Shown here piece after piece: positions 37,644 through 50,025 of a DNA stretch of 64,000 nucleotides (its first letter is position 1; the number at the start of each line of letters is the position of its first letter). The notes beneath the pieces were generated by a model, which was not told the DNA's origin, ran no database searches, and saw nothing but the letters and a program-made list of their open reading frames with translations. Position numbers and translations under genes: made by a program. Origin of the DNA: Camelus ferus. Its lineage: Eukaryota. Location of the stretch: contig NC_045696.1 in NCBI RefSeq assembly GCF_009834535.1, forward strand, positions 113,214,001 through 113,278,000. The letters run 5' to 3'.

Positions 37644-39756
37644 CCACTCATTTTAAATATCCTTTTAGGATGTTTATGAAAGAAAACATCACTGAAAATC
37701 TATTACTAAAACTTCTAGAATCTTTTCACTGCTGGCCTCCCTGGCATAATACATCCAACTATTCTCTCCTTTCCAGACAAAGATTTCTTACCCAGTCCCT
37801 TCTCTTGCAAGCACTCAGGAAATATTGACCAGACCTGTGATGAGCCTAATCTCTGCTTTCAGGCAGGGCAGTTGTAGCCATGGTAAATGTTCTCTCCTTT
37901 CAAACCACAGGGTCCACAGCATGTTTCATTAATAGAGGCATGCTCAAGATTCCACATTGCCAAGACTAAGAATATGCTGTTTTTCCTGACCCTGTCAAGC
38001 CTTAACCCATCACAAGAATTTCCCATGAGATGTAAATTAGTTGAAGAAAGGCCACATGCACTGGCCAAGAGGGCAAGAATTAAATTGGCCAGAGTATGGG
38101 GTTCCTGGGCCTGGAACAGGCTGTCCGTCCAATGATCACTTCACCATACTTCCCAATCATCCCTGTCGCCCTCTCTTTTGGGGGACCTCTTTCTGTTTAG
38201 GGGTCAGGTCTGCTTGGCACCCTTGTGGCCTTTCACGCTGTCCTCCAAGCCCATGGTTGACGTCACACCATGTTGCCAGAGTTGCCCACCCCCCACCTCC
38301 ATAGAATACCATCATTTGTCAGTCCCCAGGGGGGTACTAGCTTAGAAATTCTGCTGATTATCTTGGCACAAGGAACCATCTGAATGCTTCAGCCCAGTAT
38401 TAGTTCATCCTTAACGATCAGCAGCTGCCTTAGTCCTGAGGCCAGATGAGAGATATGGAAGACAGGGACCTGCAGGTTCTGGGAGCAAGGAGGTTGTTCC
38501 ATCTGGGTGAGGGCTACCTGCCTTCCCCCGGTTTCACCCCAGACTTCTCTACTCTCCCTGTGCCACGTGGGAGGCTCCTGGTGGAACTTTGTGTTAGGAG
38601 TCAGCACACTTGTGGGTGGTCAAGCTTGGTTTTGCTTGTAACCAATCAAAGTGGCCTTGATGGAACCAGGCCACCTTCTCGGACTCCAATTTCCTTTTCT
38701 ATCCATGATGTGTTTGAACTGGCGAGAGCCCTGAGGTCCCTTTTAGCCCCAATTATTCTCTGAATTTTACCATTTAGAGCCCGTAAGATGAGGATCAATT
38801 GAGCTAGTTAATTGCCTCTGAAATTCGGCATGGAATATTGGTGCACATCAATCGACCATACATGTCCCTAGCTGCTGGTCAGGAGGACAAGGAATCTGGA
38901 GAGCAAAGAAAAGTGACCTGGGAAGTCACACCAGTGTGGCTTTGCCACGGGAGGAGTACTTCAACTTGGCACTGTCACACACTGGCATAAGGAGTTGCAA
39001 AGCCTTCCATTTCTAAACCTTAAATTGAGAAGAAATGACTCTGAAGCTCATGTTCACTTCTGATGATTTTGCTCACGCTGTGTCTGCTTCATTTGCTTTA
39101 AATAAAAGCCTACGCAGCACGTCATCCAGATACAGGTCCGCAGCAGTCCAGGGAGGAGAAGACAGCCTGGGACTTACGGAAACAAGGACGGTTCAAATAC
39201 CTAACGGATGGACCCATGGTATCAAATCCACAAGTCAATATTAGAAATGAAGAGAAAGTAAATAAGCTTTGTTTGGGGCACAGGAAATTTTTTCCAGTGT
39301 TTCTTCCCTGGCTGGAAAGCAACTGTGATCAATACCAAGTGCACATAACTGCTTGTAATAAAACAAAGTAGTCATGATTGTATCCCAATAGGAACACATC
39401 ACTGATTTGTTTCTATAGATTGTGACTTAAAAAGGTGAGCCATGCTTTGCAGATTTCACCATCTTCCTCATCTACTGAAATTAAGGGTCTGTGTTGTTAT
39501 GGCATCCTCACTAAAATTTCATGGATTGGAGTCGAGGTTAGATTAAATTAGCGAGTCACTTAAAATACAGGCGTTCTTGCTAGTGCAGGATCCATCAGTC
39601 ATTCATACCTTGGTGTGTATTAATTCAATCAGGCTTTTCCTCCTGGCGGGGAGGAGATGGGAGGAGGCCTAGAGGAGGAACTGCAGTGTCCGGAGTCAGA
39701 GGAAGAGCACTTTGAATCAGAGGCCATGCATCTCACTCACCTCACAGTTTTGCAGG

Positions 39757-39918
39757 CACGTTTCTCAACCTCTGCTCAATTGACATTAGGGTGTGGATAA
39801 CTAGTTGTTATGGAGCCAGCCTGGGCATTGTGACATGTTTAGCGGTGTCCCTGGTCTGTCTCTAAACATTGCCAACTGTCTCCAGGGAGGCAAAAAGCCT
39901 GGATGAGGACTGCCAGCC
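39757..39918. mobile_element. MER20-like hAT element (internally deleted)
   Basis: tttctcaacctc...attgacatt...ggataa...gcattgt...atgtttagc...tccctgg...acattgccaa. Confidence 0.75.
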
Positions 39919-40769
39919 TAGGGGCAGCCCTGTAGGTGCTCGAGGTAACTTCGGTCTCTCTGTCTGTTTGGGGTCAGTATACGGACCCACTGAGTAACCC
40001 TCCTATGGAGGTAACGTGCAGAATGGGGCTTTTCTTCAGAGCATCTTCCTCCCTCTGGCAGTTTCCTTCCTCCACTGTGCCTTTTCTCATCTTTCCAGGC
40101 AAATGGACTCCGAGAATTGAGGCAGCTGTAGGCAGAGAAACGCCAGGGAGAAAGCCATCCATCGGCTAGGGGAGCACATGTGGATCATTTTTTGACACCT
40201 TCCATGTCACTTGCCACATTGTCCCACACAAATCCAACAGCCCTATTTGGTTGGAGGTTGCTTTGGCACCACCATTTTGGTAGCTCGACTCCTCCTGCAG
40301 AAGCTGTCGTCTGTGGACATATACCAGACAGCTGGGATAATTGCTAACAGCACAATGTTTGTTCTTCTTTTGGTTACTGTTTGATCAGAAAATATCTCAG
40401 GCCAGACTTTCATAAAGCTGGGAATGTTTGTATCTCAAGCATCTGTGGTTCTGTGGCCAGAATCAGATGAGTCTGTTCATTTGGACATGATGTCCTTCCT
40501 ACATTTCCAAAGAAATACGGGATTTGATTCTATCCTTTTTTGAAGAGAGATTTTGCTTCCTGAAGCCATACTTCCTGAGGAAATAAATGAGCCCCTCTCA
40601 AAGCGATGTTTATGCTAAGCGATGGTCCACTGTTATTCCACAGGATTTCCCACTTGCCAGTAAGCCAGCGTGGTCCATCTTGAGGAAGATGCCAGACACA
40701 GCACTGCCCTTGAACTAGCTTTGTGACTGTGGGCAAATGTTTTTCTTCTCTGGGCTACCATCACCGCAC

Positions 40770-40960
40770 CTGTAGAATGTAACCAAGGGGGTATGAGAAG
40801 AGCTCCCCATTTACTATTTATAGCTTTGGGCAATATTTTGCTCTCTCTGCCAAAAGTTTCCTCATCCACAAAATGAGGCAAATAACAGCCTCTCCTTCAT
40901 GGTGTTGTTCTAATGAATAAATAAAACACTGTGTGCACCACATCTGGCACACAGTAGGCC
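40770..40960 (+). mobile_element. MIR
   Basis: agtttcctcatccacaaaatgagg...tggcacacagtagg. Confidence 0.7.
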
Positions 40961-41579
40961 TTCTATAAGGCTCACCTCACATATCATGAACTCAAAATGA
41001 AATTGTTCTGTTGTCAGTTTTAAATTATTAGGTGGCCTTTTAAACTTTCATGCTGGGCAGCGAGGACACAAATCAGTTCTTCCTTACCTTGGGTGTTTTG
41101 CTTGTTTTTGTCTTCTTCCTAAGTTTTTGGGCCACTTGGAGGCAGAACCCGTGCCACCATAAACATCAGCCTCTTGAGGACATCTTCACAGCAGTCAGTG
41201 TGGGAACTCGGAATCGCTCCCCGCACAGCTGTCTTTGGTTTGGTAAATTAACTGGAAGAAAAAAGTTTTAATGAGAAAAACAGCTCTTACTGTTTGAGGT
41301 ATAGAGTGAAAATGTCAGAATTTGCAACAGCGTGGAGATTGAGAAATAAATCCTTGGTGTAGACCCCCCAAAAATGTATGTTTTCAATTACAAGATCATG
41401 GGAGGAATTATCAGAAGTGCCATCCAGCACTTCCCTCGTCTGGGTGACTTTGAGCAGGAACAAGACCTCTCTGAGCTTTTGTTTCTTTATTTCAAATCTC
41501 TTAAGTCCACAGAATTTAGCTCTTTGGCCTGTGGCAATCACCTCAGTCATCTGGTGTTGGCTTCCCACAACCAGCAGAG

Positions 41580-41800
41580 GTGTGGCATGGTTGGCTCGAC
41601 CTCCTTGGGTTTGGACCTCAACTCTGCCACTAACTCCTGGTTGTTAATGTTGTTAATCCTCTCTGTGCCCCTGTTCCCTCATCTAAAAAATGAGGACACT
41701 ATTTCTTCCTCATAGAGTTATCGTGAAGATTAAATGCGAAGTGCTCAGAATGGGTACCTGGCATCTAGTAAACACTAGTGTTCAGTGTGAGCTATTACTT
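41580..41800 (+). mobile_element. MIR
   Basis: ctctgccactaact...cctctctgtgcccctgttccctcatctaaaaaatgagg...gtgaagattaaatg...cctggca. Confidence 0.85.
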
Positions 41801-43173
41801 TTATTATTTTGTTGGATGTCTCTAGAGAGGAAATCCTACAAATGATAAAATCATAATCAGAAATCTTTGTGTTTGGATTTTCCCATTTCAAGAACCAAAC
41901 TTGCCAACTCACCATGTAGGAAATAAAGACCTTAAACGCACATGTCTTTACTGCCCCTCACCTGCAATCCATCAAATACTAGCTTCCCCTCTGATTCCTT
42001 GATAGGAAAATCTTCTCTTTCTCTCCCTCTAGTAAATATTAAATCCACCCAAAGTTTAAATTGGGTAACCACACATTTAACCAATCCCCGCTACTTTATA
42101 CGGAGACTGTGCCCTAGGACAGAGTATCTCAGACATCAGTGTGTATATGAGTAACACAAGGATCTCGTTAAAATGCCAATTCTGATTCATCAGTTCTGGG
42201 GCCAGAATCCCACGTTCCTAACAAGCTCCCAGTGATGCTAACACATTAGAGGTAACAAGGCCTGAGATATTCACAAGCCATTTGAGGACAGAGGGGACAT
42301 GGGGCACGCTTGGCCCTCACTGGGGGCAAGCTGGTTGGAGAGGGACAGACCTACCGGGACTCACTGTCCGACGCCCTCTCCAGCTCCAACTTCGCTGGCT
42401 CTATTTTGAGTAATCAGAAAGTTCAAGAGAAGGGCAAAGAGCTAAGAAAAAAGGCAGTTGAAATTCCACCTTCTTCTCTTGATTTTCCTGAACTGGAAAA
42501 ACATTGTAGAGCAGATTGCACCAGGCAGTTTGACCCATCTGCAGGGCTAAATTATCTTCCACAAGACAGGAAGGGAGGAAGCAGTTTCATCCTCCCCTCA
42601 GTTTCTGCTGTTGGGACGAGACTGTGAGACGCAGAGAAGTCAGATCCTCCTTGGGAAGATCACAGACCCTGCTGGTAGCGGTGTCATTCCACACAGGGCC
42701 ACTTAAGGAAACATGGCTTCCATGTCGTTAATGGTATCCCGAGGGCCTGAGCACATCTCCCAGGTGCCCGCCCTCACGGAGCCCTTCCCTCCCTGAAGAA
42801 GCTTGCCTGCCATCATAACCATAGGTGAGGAGGATGTGGGTCCCGTGGCTGCCGTCTTGTTCCTGAACAAAAGGGAAAACCCAACTTCTCCAGGTAGAAA
42901 AGGTTCCTCCGTAAATGAAGGGAATATCCGCATTGCTCTTGATGCCAGTTACTTATTTGCACAAAATGATATCTGGAAAGTGGTAGTGAGATCCTATGAA
43001 AACTCAGAGGAGGAGAACTCTATAGGCCTACGTGTTACTGTAGTTTATTAGCACCAGGATATATTTTTGTCCATTTTGTTCATCCCTGAGTGTAATTCAT
43101 TGATAGAATAGGTGTGTTTTGCTGCCAAGTAATGACTTCTTTTAAAGTGTGATATATAAAATAGTTCTGATTA

Positions 43174-43339
43174 GTGCGGAGGGCATAGCTCAGTGGTAGA
43201 GTGTGTGCTTAGCATGGTTCCTGGGTTCAACCCCCAGGACCTCCAGTAGAAAAACAAATAAATCTAATTACCTCCCCAACCCCCCAAAAAATACTGTCAA
43301 AAATTTTTTTTAAACTACAGAAATAAATAAATAATGAAA
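43174..43339 (+). mobile_element. Vic-1-like SINE
   Basis: tRNA-like head with a small deletion. Imperfect TSD taaaatagttctgatta / taaaatcgtcctgatta. Confidence 0.9.
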
Positions 43340-43564
43340 TAAAATCGTCCTGATTACCCAAGAGTTACATTGTGTCTCTCTATTTGATAAACGGTAAATT
43401 TCAAAATGTGTTCTATGTCCGCATATTATATCCCAGCCCTAATTTCCAAAGTTAGGACAGATTCACATGTATTTCCTACTTTTGGAAGGTGTATTTCAAG
43501 TTTGGGAACATAAAATGGGGCCAAACTTACAAGCTACCTTCTGTTTTCTTTAAAAATGTGGGTT

Positions 43565-43770
43565 TATATATAGAGAACATTAAAAAAAAATGAATTTCTT
43601 CTGTATAGCACAGGGAACTACATTCAGTATCTTGTAGTAACCTATAATGAAAAAGAATATGGAAACAAATATATGTATGTATATACATGCCTGAGACATT
43701 ATGCTGTGCCCCAGAAACTGACACATTATAACTGACTACACTTTGATAAAAAAATTTAAAAATAAAAAAG
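43565..43770 (+). mobile_element. Short L1 3' end
   Basis: ctgtatagcacagggaactacattcagtatcttgtagtaacctataatgaaaaagaat...actgactaca. Confidence 0.88.
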
Positions 43771-46700
43771 CGAATTCAGATTGGCAAGAAGAATAAACAT
43801 GATGATCTGAACTTTCACACAGGAAAAATCTAATCCTGACAACAAACATCTGTTCCCTTTTATGTGTTTGTGGCTCTTTTAATATGAATCGTTTTGCAAC
43901 AGCTGTAGCTTTCTTAATATCCTAAATGGAATCTCTGTGGCCTTTAGAGTAATTACCTCCAAGTTTGAGTCATCTGACCTGAGGATTCTCTAATGAGATC
44001 CGATCTGAATTATGGAAAACCAATGACCAGTCCTCAGGGAGGATTCCACTGTGTTTTCCAGAAAGCCCTTTCCCAGTCTGCGGGGCCTCTGGTCCGTGTT
44101 CCAGTGGTCAGCCTGCCCCCCTGTGGGGAAGTCCTCATGAGGTGGCCCTGGTCACTGCCATGTTTTCCCGCTGTGAAGCTCCACCGGGGTGGAGCACGTG
44201 TTTCATTGTTTGGTCTTTACCTTTGTTTCAGGCTAAACTTGAAAAGAGATTCATGTGCGTCCCATTTAAAGGTTCTAAACTCAGACTTGTAAAGGTGTTT
44301 CATGGTTTTAACTTATTATCAAGAGATGGTCATCGTAGTTTCTAGTTTCAGAATAATTATTTGTGACTTCCAGAACTATGTTGATTGTTTTTCATTGGGA
44401 TACTGTTTGCCTGATGGAATAGGCAAGAAAACTGGAGAGGTGGGAACCGCCAGATAAGGGGAAATGTGTTTCTCCCTTAGTAGGTCCCAGATCTCCCTCA
44501 CTTAATGGACTGAGAGTCCCTGCCAGGGAAATCAGAGAAAACCTCTGCGATAGCAAACTTAAGTGCACCAGTACGCAGGGGCAGAGAGGGCCAAGCTGAG
44601 CAAGAGGGAAAATTAATAGGCAGGCGCTCAGGAAAGGAAAACCAAAACCACAGAGCAACGGAAGGCAGCATCTGAACAAAGAGGCCAATTCTGCAAGACT
44701 CTGCCTACAAGAAGATATCTCGAGGCTGTGTTTCAGGTAGCTAGACAAAGGCTGAGCAGGGCCTCAGCAGTCCTTGTCTATAAAATTTCAGGAGTGCAGC
44801 AGCGTTTGTTCTCCAGAGGAATACGCCCTGACTAGGTTGCCGGAGCACATTTATTACCTCACTCTCGGTATTTCATTCATTCGTTCATTCACTCATTCAT
44901 TCTGTAAGTACATCAGTACAACGTCAGGAAAAGCTTTTCTTTTTAAATTTTCAAATTAAAATATAAACATAAGGTCATTATTTGTTTCTCAAACCCCAGC
45001 ATCCAGTTTCTTTAGAGACCTCTGCTCCAGACCATGAGAGAACCACGGACACGCAGCGCTTGGAAAGAGGAGGAGGAGACAGGAAGAGAATTGAGGGGAA
45101 ACAGTGTGGAGCCCGAGAGAAGACCCCAGGGAAGGGTACCTAGCTGAGCAGCGGGAAAACAGCACAGGCACAAAGGGGAGAAGGACGCTCTCACCGATGC
45201 CCAGTTCCCACTGGGCTGCGGAGGGGAAGCGGGGAGATGCGGAGGCTGCCCGGTTCAGTTCAGTTTCACTCCAGGCAATGAGCAGTCGGGGGACCAGGCT
45301 CCATGCCGCGTGCCGGGCACACAGCTAAACCAGCCGTGGTCCCAGCTGTTAAGGAGCTCACAAGTGTAAATGGTGAGCTAAGAATTACCGTACATTGTAA
45401 CATTCTAAATAGAGACACTTCCCTCCATCCTTATTTCCTCACTGGAGTAAATGACAGAAGCCATACCTATTTCTTGATATCATTATGCAACTTAAATGGG
45501 ATAATGTGAAAAGCACTCAGGATGCTATCTGACACCCAGGAGATGCTCAATGAGGAATAGTTTTTATTTATGGTGCCCAGTCCATATAGTAAGTGCTCAG
45601 TACATTTTACCAGTATTATTGCTATTATTGTGTATGTAGATAATAATACTTGTGGCTTCCTTCCTCTCTTCTTCTCCCCAGCCGCAATTCCTTTAGAAGC
45701 TAGTGGCCTGGAAGACCCCCTCCCTGCTGGGACCCATTCCTTTATACGTCTTACAGTGACCAGAACATTTCATTCCATTTTGCAGGTTTAAATTGTGGAG
45801 AGTATCAAAGCAGTATCTGGTCACCATCTCAAGGGCTAGCCAAGTCTTCATGTTGGGAATATGAACAGATACCAGTAAGATCTCAGAAACATACACAATT
45901 GTGTGTTATTAGATCAAATAACCAATGTTCTTCAAAGGAGGAGGAAGTCACCACAGACTGGCTGTGTGGCAAGGACCCACGCTGAACTGGGTCCCTTCTC
46001 GCCTACTGGGAACAGTGGTTTTGATCCATAATGATCAGTAGTAAAATAGGAAGGAAACACGGTGAGCACCTGCATTTCTGCTCAGTGCTAGACCTTGTCC
46101 ATATGTTGGGCTCATGTCATACTTACACCGACCCTGTGGGGTAGTTACCATGAGACTCAGCAAATTTGTGTAACCCTTCCCTCACAAATCTCAAAGGCAG
46201 TGCTGGTGAATATCCTTTAAAAATAGTCAACTATTTGACTTTCCTCTCTTTCAGAGAAATCTCCCTTTCTTGCCCACATATTCTAAGTTTACAAGTCTCA
46301 TGGCTTCCAGTGGGGAAGCGCCACCCGTGAGACCTTTGTAAATGGAAGTAGATGGCGGCCCAGACCCCGCACCCTCAGGCCCCTCTGGAAGATTCCCAGG
46401 CCAGGTGATGCCACCCTAGGCAGATCCTAAGGCCCAGGGAGTCAAGCCCGCAGCCTGTCCCCTGGTGGCCGGCCACCCACTTCCAGATGCACCTAGACTA
46501 GTGGAGCTGGTCCAGGAGAGATCCTGAGAAGATGGCCCGAGACACGGAGCCACACGGTGGCATCTCTCCGGAGCAATGTCACACACGTGGTCTGGGGAGC
46601 ACACCGTGGGCTTCACTTGTGGCTTCGGCGGAGTGTTCACGGGGTACAAACGCCAAAATAAAAACAGTGAGATTACCCAGCCTGGGACCAGGAGGAACGG

Positions 46701-48014
46701 AGTCACCTAGCTGCCCTTTCTGTCTTCTCTGTGCGCAGGGCACACCTCAGCCTGGGCTGCAGCCTTTGTCTCTGGTGGGACTGCCTTTGCTGCAGAGCGC
46801 TGAGCAGTCGGCTAACTTGTCTCCCATGGATGTTCTGTGGGTAGAAATTCCTGGGTAGATCAGAGTCTGTGTGTGCTCTGCTCAGACTCAGGGGTATTTT
46901 GTCCTGTCTAGATTATGTTCAATTATTTCTAAATAATATATATTGAGGTCCTGTCATGTTAAGTCACCGTGCTTTGCGCTACGGGATTTCAGAGATGGAT
47001 AAGCCCATTAGAGTCCAGTAATGGAAGAAGAGGTGTGGGTACCACTGACACACTAGGAGGCCACAGTAAGTCCTCCCTTACAGAAGAGATAGAGCTGACA
47101 GTACAGGTGTGCCGCAGAGAGATCCAACTTCCCCAAAGTCATACAGCAAAGTGGAAGAGCTACAATTTGAACCTTGACTAGCAGAGCCCCGAGTCTTAGC
47201 CACTCTCCTATCCTGCCCCTAAAAAGCAGAACAGTTTTCATTTTCACCAGCACTTTGGGGCCGATAGTACTATTGGTAGTAGAAAATGTGCACTGACTTG
47301 GTTTTAATAGTAATGAAGCCACCAGTAGCGTTTGGGTAAGAAAATAAGCATAGAGTCTGTGCCTAGGAGACAGTTTCCTCTTTGCAATTACCAGATTATT
47401 AGGGGACAATAAATATTAAATAGGACATGGTGCTAGGCAATAAAGTGTTAACAAAAAAATTTATACATGTATGTAAATGATTATATCACAAGGTAAAAAG
47501 TCACACGTGGAGGGTGGGAGAGACAGGGGAAGTGTTATAAAAGTTCGAGGGTGGATGGATTGGTTCAAGAGAGCTTAAACAATGAGGTAGGTCTTGAAGG
47601 TTGCGTAGGGATCAAATCTGTGTCTTCACTATTGTGCTGTTTGACCCACCAAGCTAAGCAAGCCAGGTGTGAAGACGGTCAGGCCAGCCATAACGGAAAT
47701 GCCTTAATCCTGTTCTGAACATGGACTTCACCAAACTGTCTCTCCCACCTGCCTTGCACAGCAGTCAGGAATCCAGTTTTAGACATTCATTCCTGGGCCA
47801 TAGCCCTACACTTTTCAAGCATCCTCTTTAAAAAATCACAATCTGCTGAGAGGGGTGACTCATCCCAGATTCCCAGCCATTAACATGGTAGTGGGAAGTC
47901 ATCTGTCAAACTTCTTTCTTTTGGAGATGTTCTTTGGAAATCATGTTTAGAGAACCTGAGTTTGGACGATGGGGCAAAGGCAGAGATCATTTCAGGGCGT
48001 GAGGAAAGAGCTAA

Positions 48015-48210
48015 CCCTTACTGAGTGTTTACAATGTGCCATACACTGTTTAGAGAGCTTTTTGTGTATTACCTTATTTAATCATTACTAGAGGAGAATG
48101 TTCCCATTTTACAGAGGAGGAAACTGAAGTACAGAGAAGTGAAGTGACTTGCCCAAGGCTACTAAGAGATCTGTGAATAAGTGATCCGCCCACAGTGGGG
48201 ACTGAGCACC
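48015..48210 (-). mobile_element. MIR
   Basis: cccattttacagaggaggaaactgaagtacagagaagtgaagtgacttgcccaagg. Confidence 0.85.
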
Positions 48211-49669
48211 CAGAGGACAGCATGGAAATAGCAAATACCTGGGAAGAGGGAGAAGGAAGAAGAAAGGGGGTCAAAAGGAAGTGGGAGGTCACCAAAAACA
48301 ACTTCGCCTACACAATGTTCTGTTTAGGACCAGGTGGTAATGGGAGTGGAGGTGGCAGTGGTGTTTGACGGCGGTAGTGGTGTCGATATATCCATTGAAT
48401 ATGGAATTTTTTATTAGTAAAAGTAACATACTGTTTTATTAATAGTATTTTTCCCTTTGGCTAGAAAGAGACCCATGTGGTCATACACATGGCATTGATT
48501 AGGTAGTTACAGCACTGGGTACCCTGAACTGCACTTAATCGCTAAATACGTTCCCATGCATTATTTCATTTGCGCCTTAGAAAAATCCCATGGGCAATAT
48601 TACATTGCCAGTTTACAGATGGAAAAACTGAGGCCTGGAGACAAGAAGTGATCTTCCCGAGATGAGACCTTCCAGGCACTGTATAGAAGAGCTGGGACAT
48701 TGATCTTCCAGCCTCCCTGCCTCCTCCCTCCACCAAGGCGTACATGGGTCCAACCCATCAGGCTTTTCATTTTTGGTTGTCTTCATGGAGAAATGCAACC
48801 CTGACAGGTTCTTCAAAAGGGGAAATCTAACCTTCATATAAAAGAAAGAGGGAGTTGGATCCTAGCAGCTTTCGGGGTACAATAGGAAGTGGTTACATAA
48901 GGATCCGGAAAGGGGACTCAAGGCACAGGGGAGAGTTTCTGCCAAGATGCTGGGTGGGAAGGTGCTTCCCAGGTCAGAAGCCCACTGGCCAGAGGACAGA
49001 GAGTGGGGCAGAGCCCCAGGAGGGCTCAGCCGGGTAGGCTGGTAAATGAGGTCTTCATTCCCGTATTGATGGGAAGTCACCAGAAGACTTTAAGCAGCAG
49101 AGAAATCAGCTCCGTTGTATATCTTTGAAGGCTCACTCTGGCTGCTGAGTGGACGGGAGGTTGTAGGTGGTGGAGAGTAAAAGCCGGGAGACCCGCTGTG
49201 AACATAAATGAGTCAATTGGAAAAACTGAACAAGATGATAAACATCGTTTATAAAGAACTTTCAAAGTAGTAATCAAATGATAGCTATTAATAGATCTGT
49301 GGCAACTCACCCAACTAAGGCAAACAATGAGAACGTATCAGGTAACCGTACAAAGGCCATGAAAGGGCAGATGAAGGTGCTTCTCTGACTTCCAGTTTCC
49401 TTGTCCCTCGAGCAGCATAGCTCTGTGTACTTCCAGGGACGCTATGAAGATGAGTCCGAGTGTCCAGCTCTGTACCTGGCCCACAGTGGGTGCTCAGCCA
49501 AATCTTAGTCTCCTGCTTTACGTGACCCCACGAGTAAATCAGCTGATGTGTACATAGTCTGAGAATTCAACAAGGTGAAACTTATGGGACAGGAGGTTGT
49601 TTTTTCTGTTTGTTTTGGTTTTTTGTTTTGCTATAAGGATTTATTTCTTAATTTATTTACTTTCCCCAT

Positions 49670-50025
49670 TCTTTTTAAATTGAAGGTATAGTTGATTTGG
49701 AATCTTTTTAAAAAATGACTCAAACAAACTTATTTACAAAACAGAAAGAGACTCACAGACATAGAAAACAAACTTATGGTTACCAAGGGGGAAAGCAGCG
49801 GGGGAGGGATAAATTAGGCATTTGGGATTAGCAAGTACAAACAACTAAATACAAAATAGATAAACAGCAGGGTCCTACTGTAGAGCACAGGGAACTATAT
49901 TCAGTGGCTTACAGTAACCTGTAATGAAAAGGAATATGTATATATTTATAGGTATACATATAACTGAATCACAGCGCTGTACTCCAGAAACTAATACAAC
50001 ATTGTAAATCAACTACATTTCAATG
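49670..50025 (+). mobile_element. L1 3' end, preceded by a ~28-nt inverted copy of its own terminus
   Basis: ttttaaattgaaggtatagttgattt (antisense terminus), then ggaatc...gactcacagacatagaaaacaaacttatggttacc...aaatcaactacatttcaat (sense). Confidence 0.85.
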
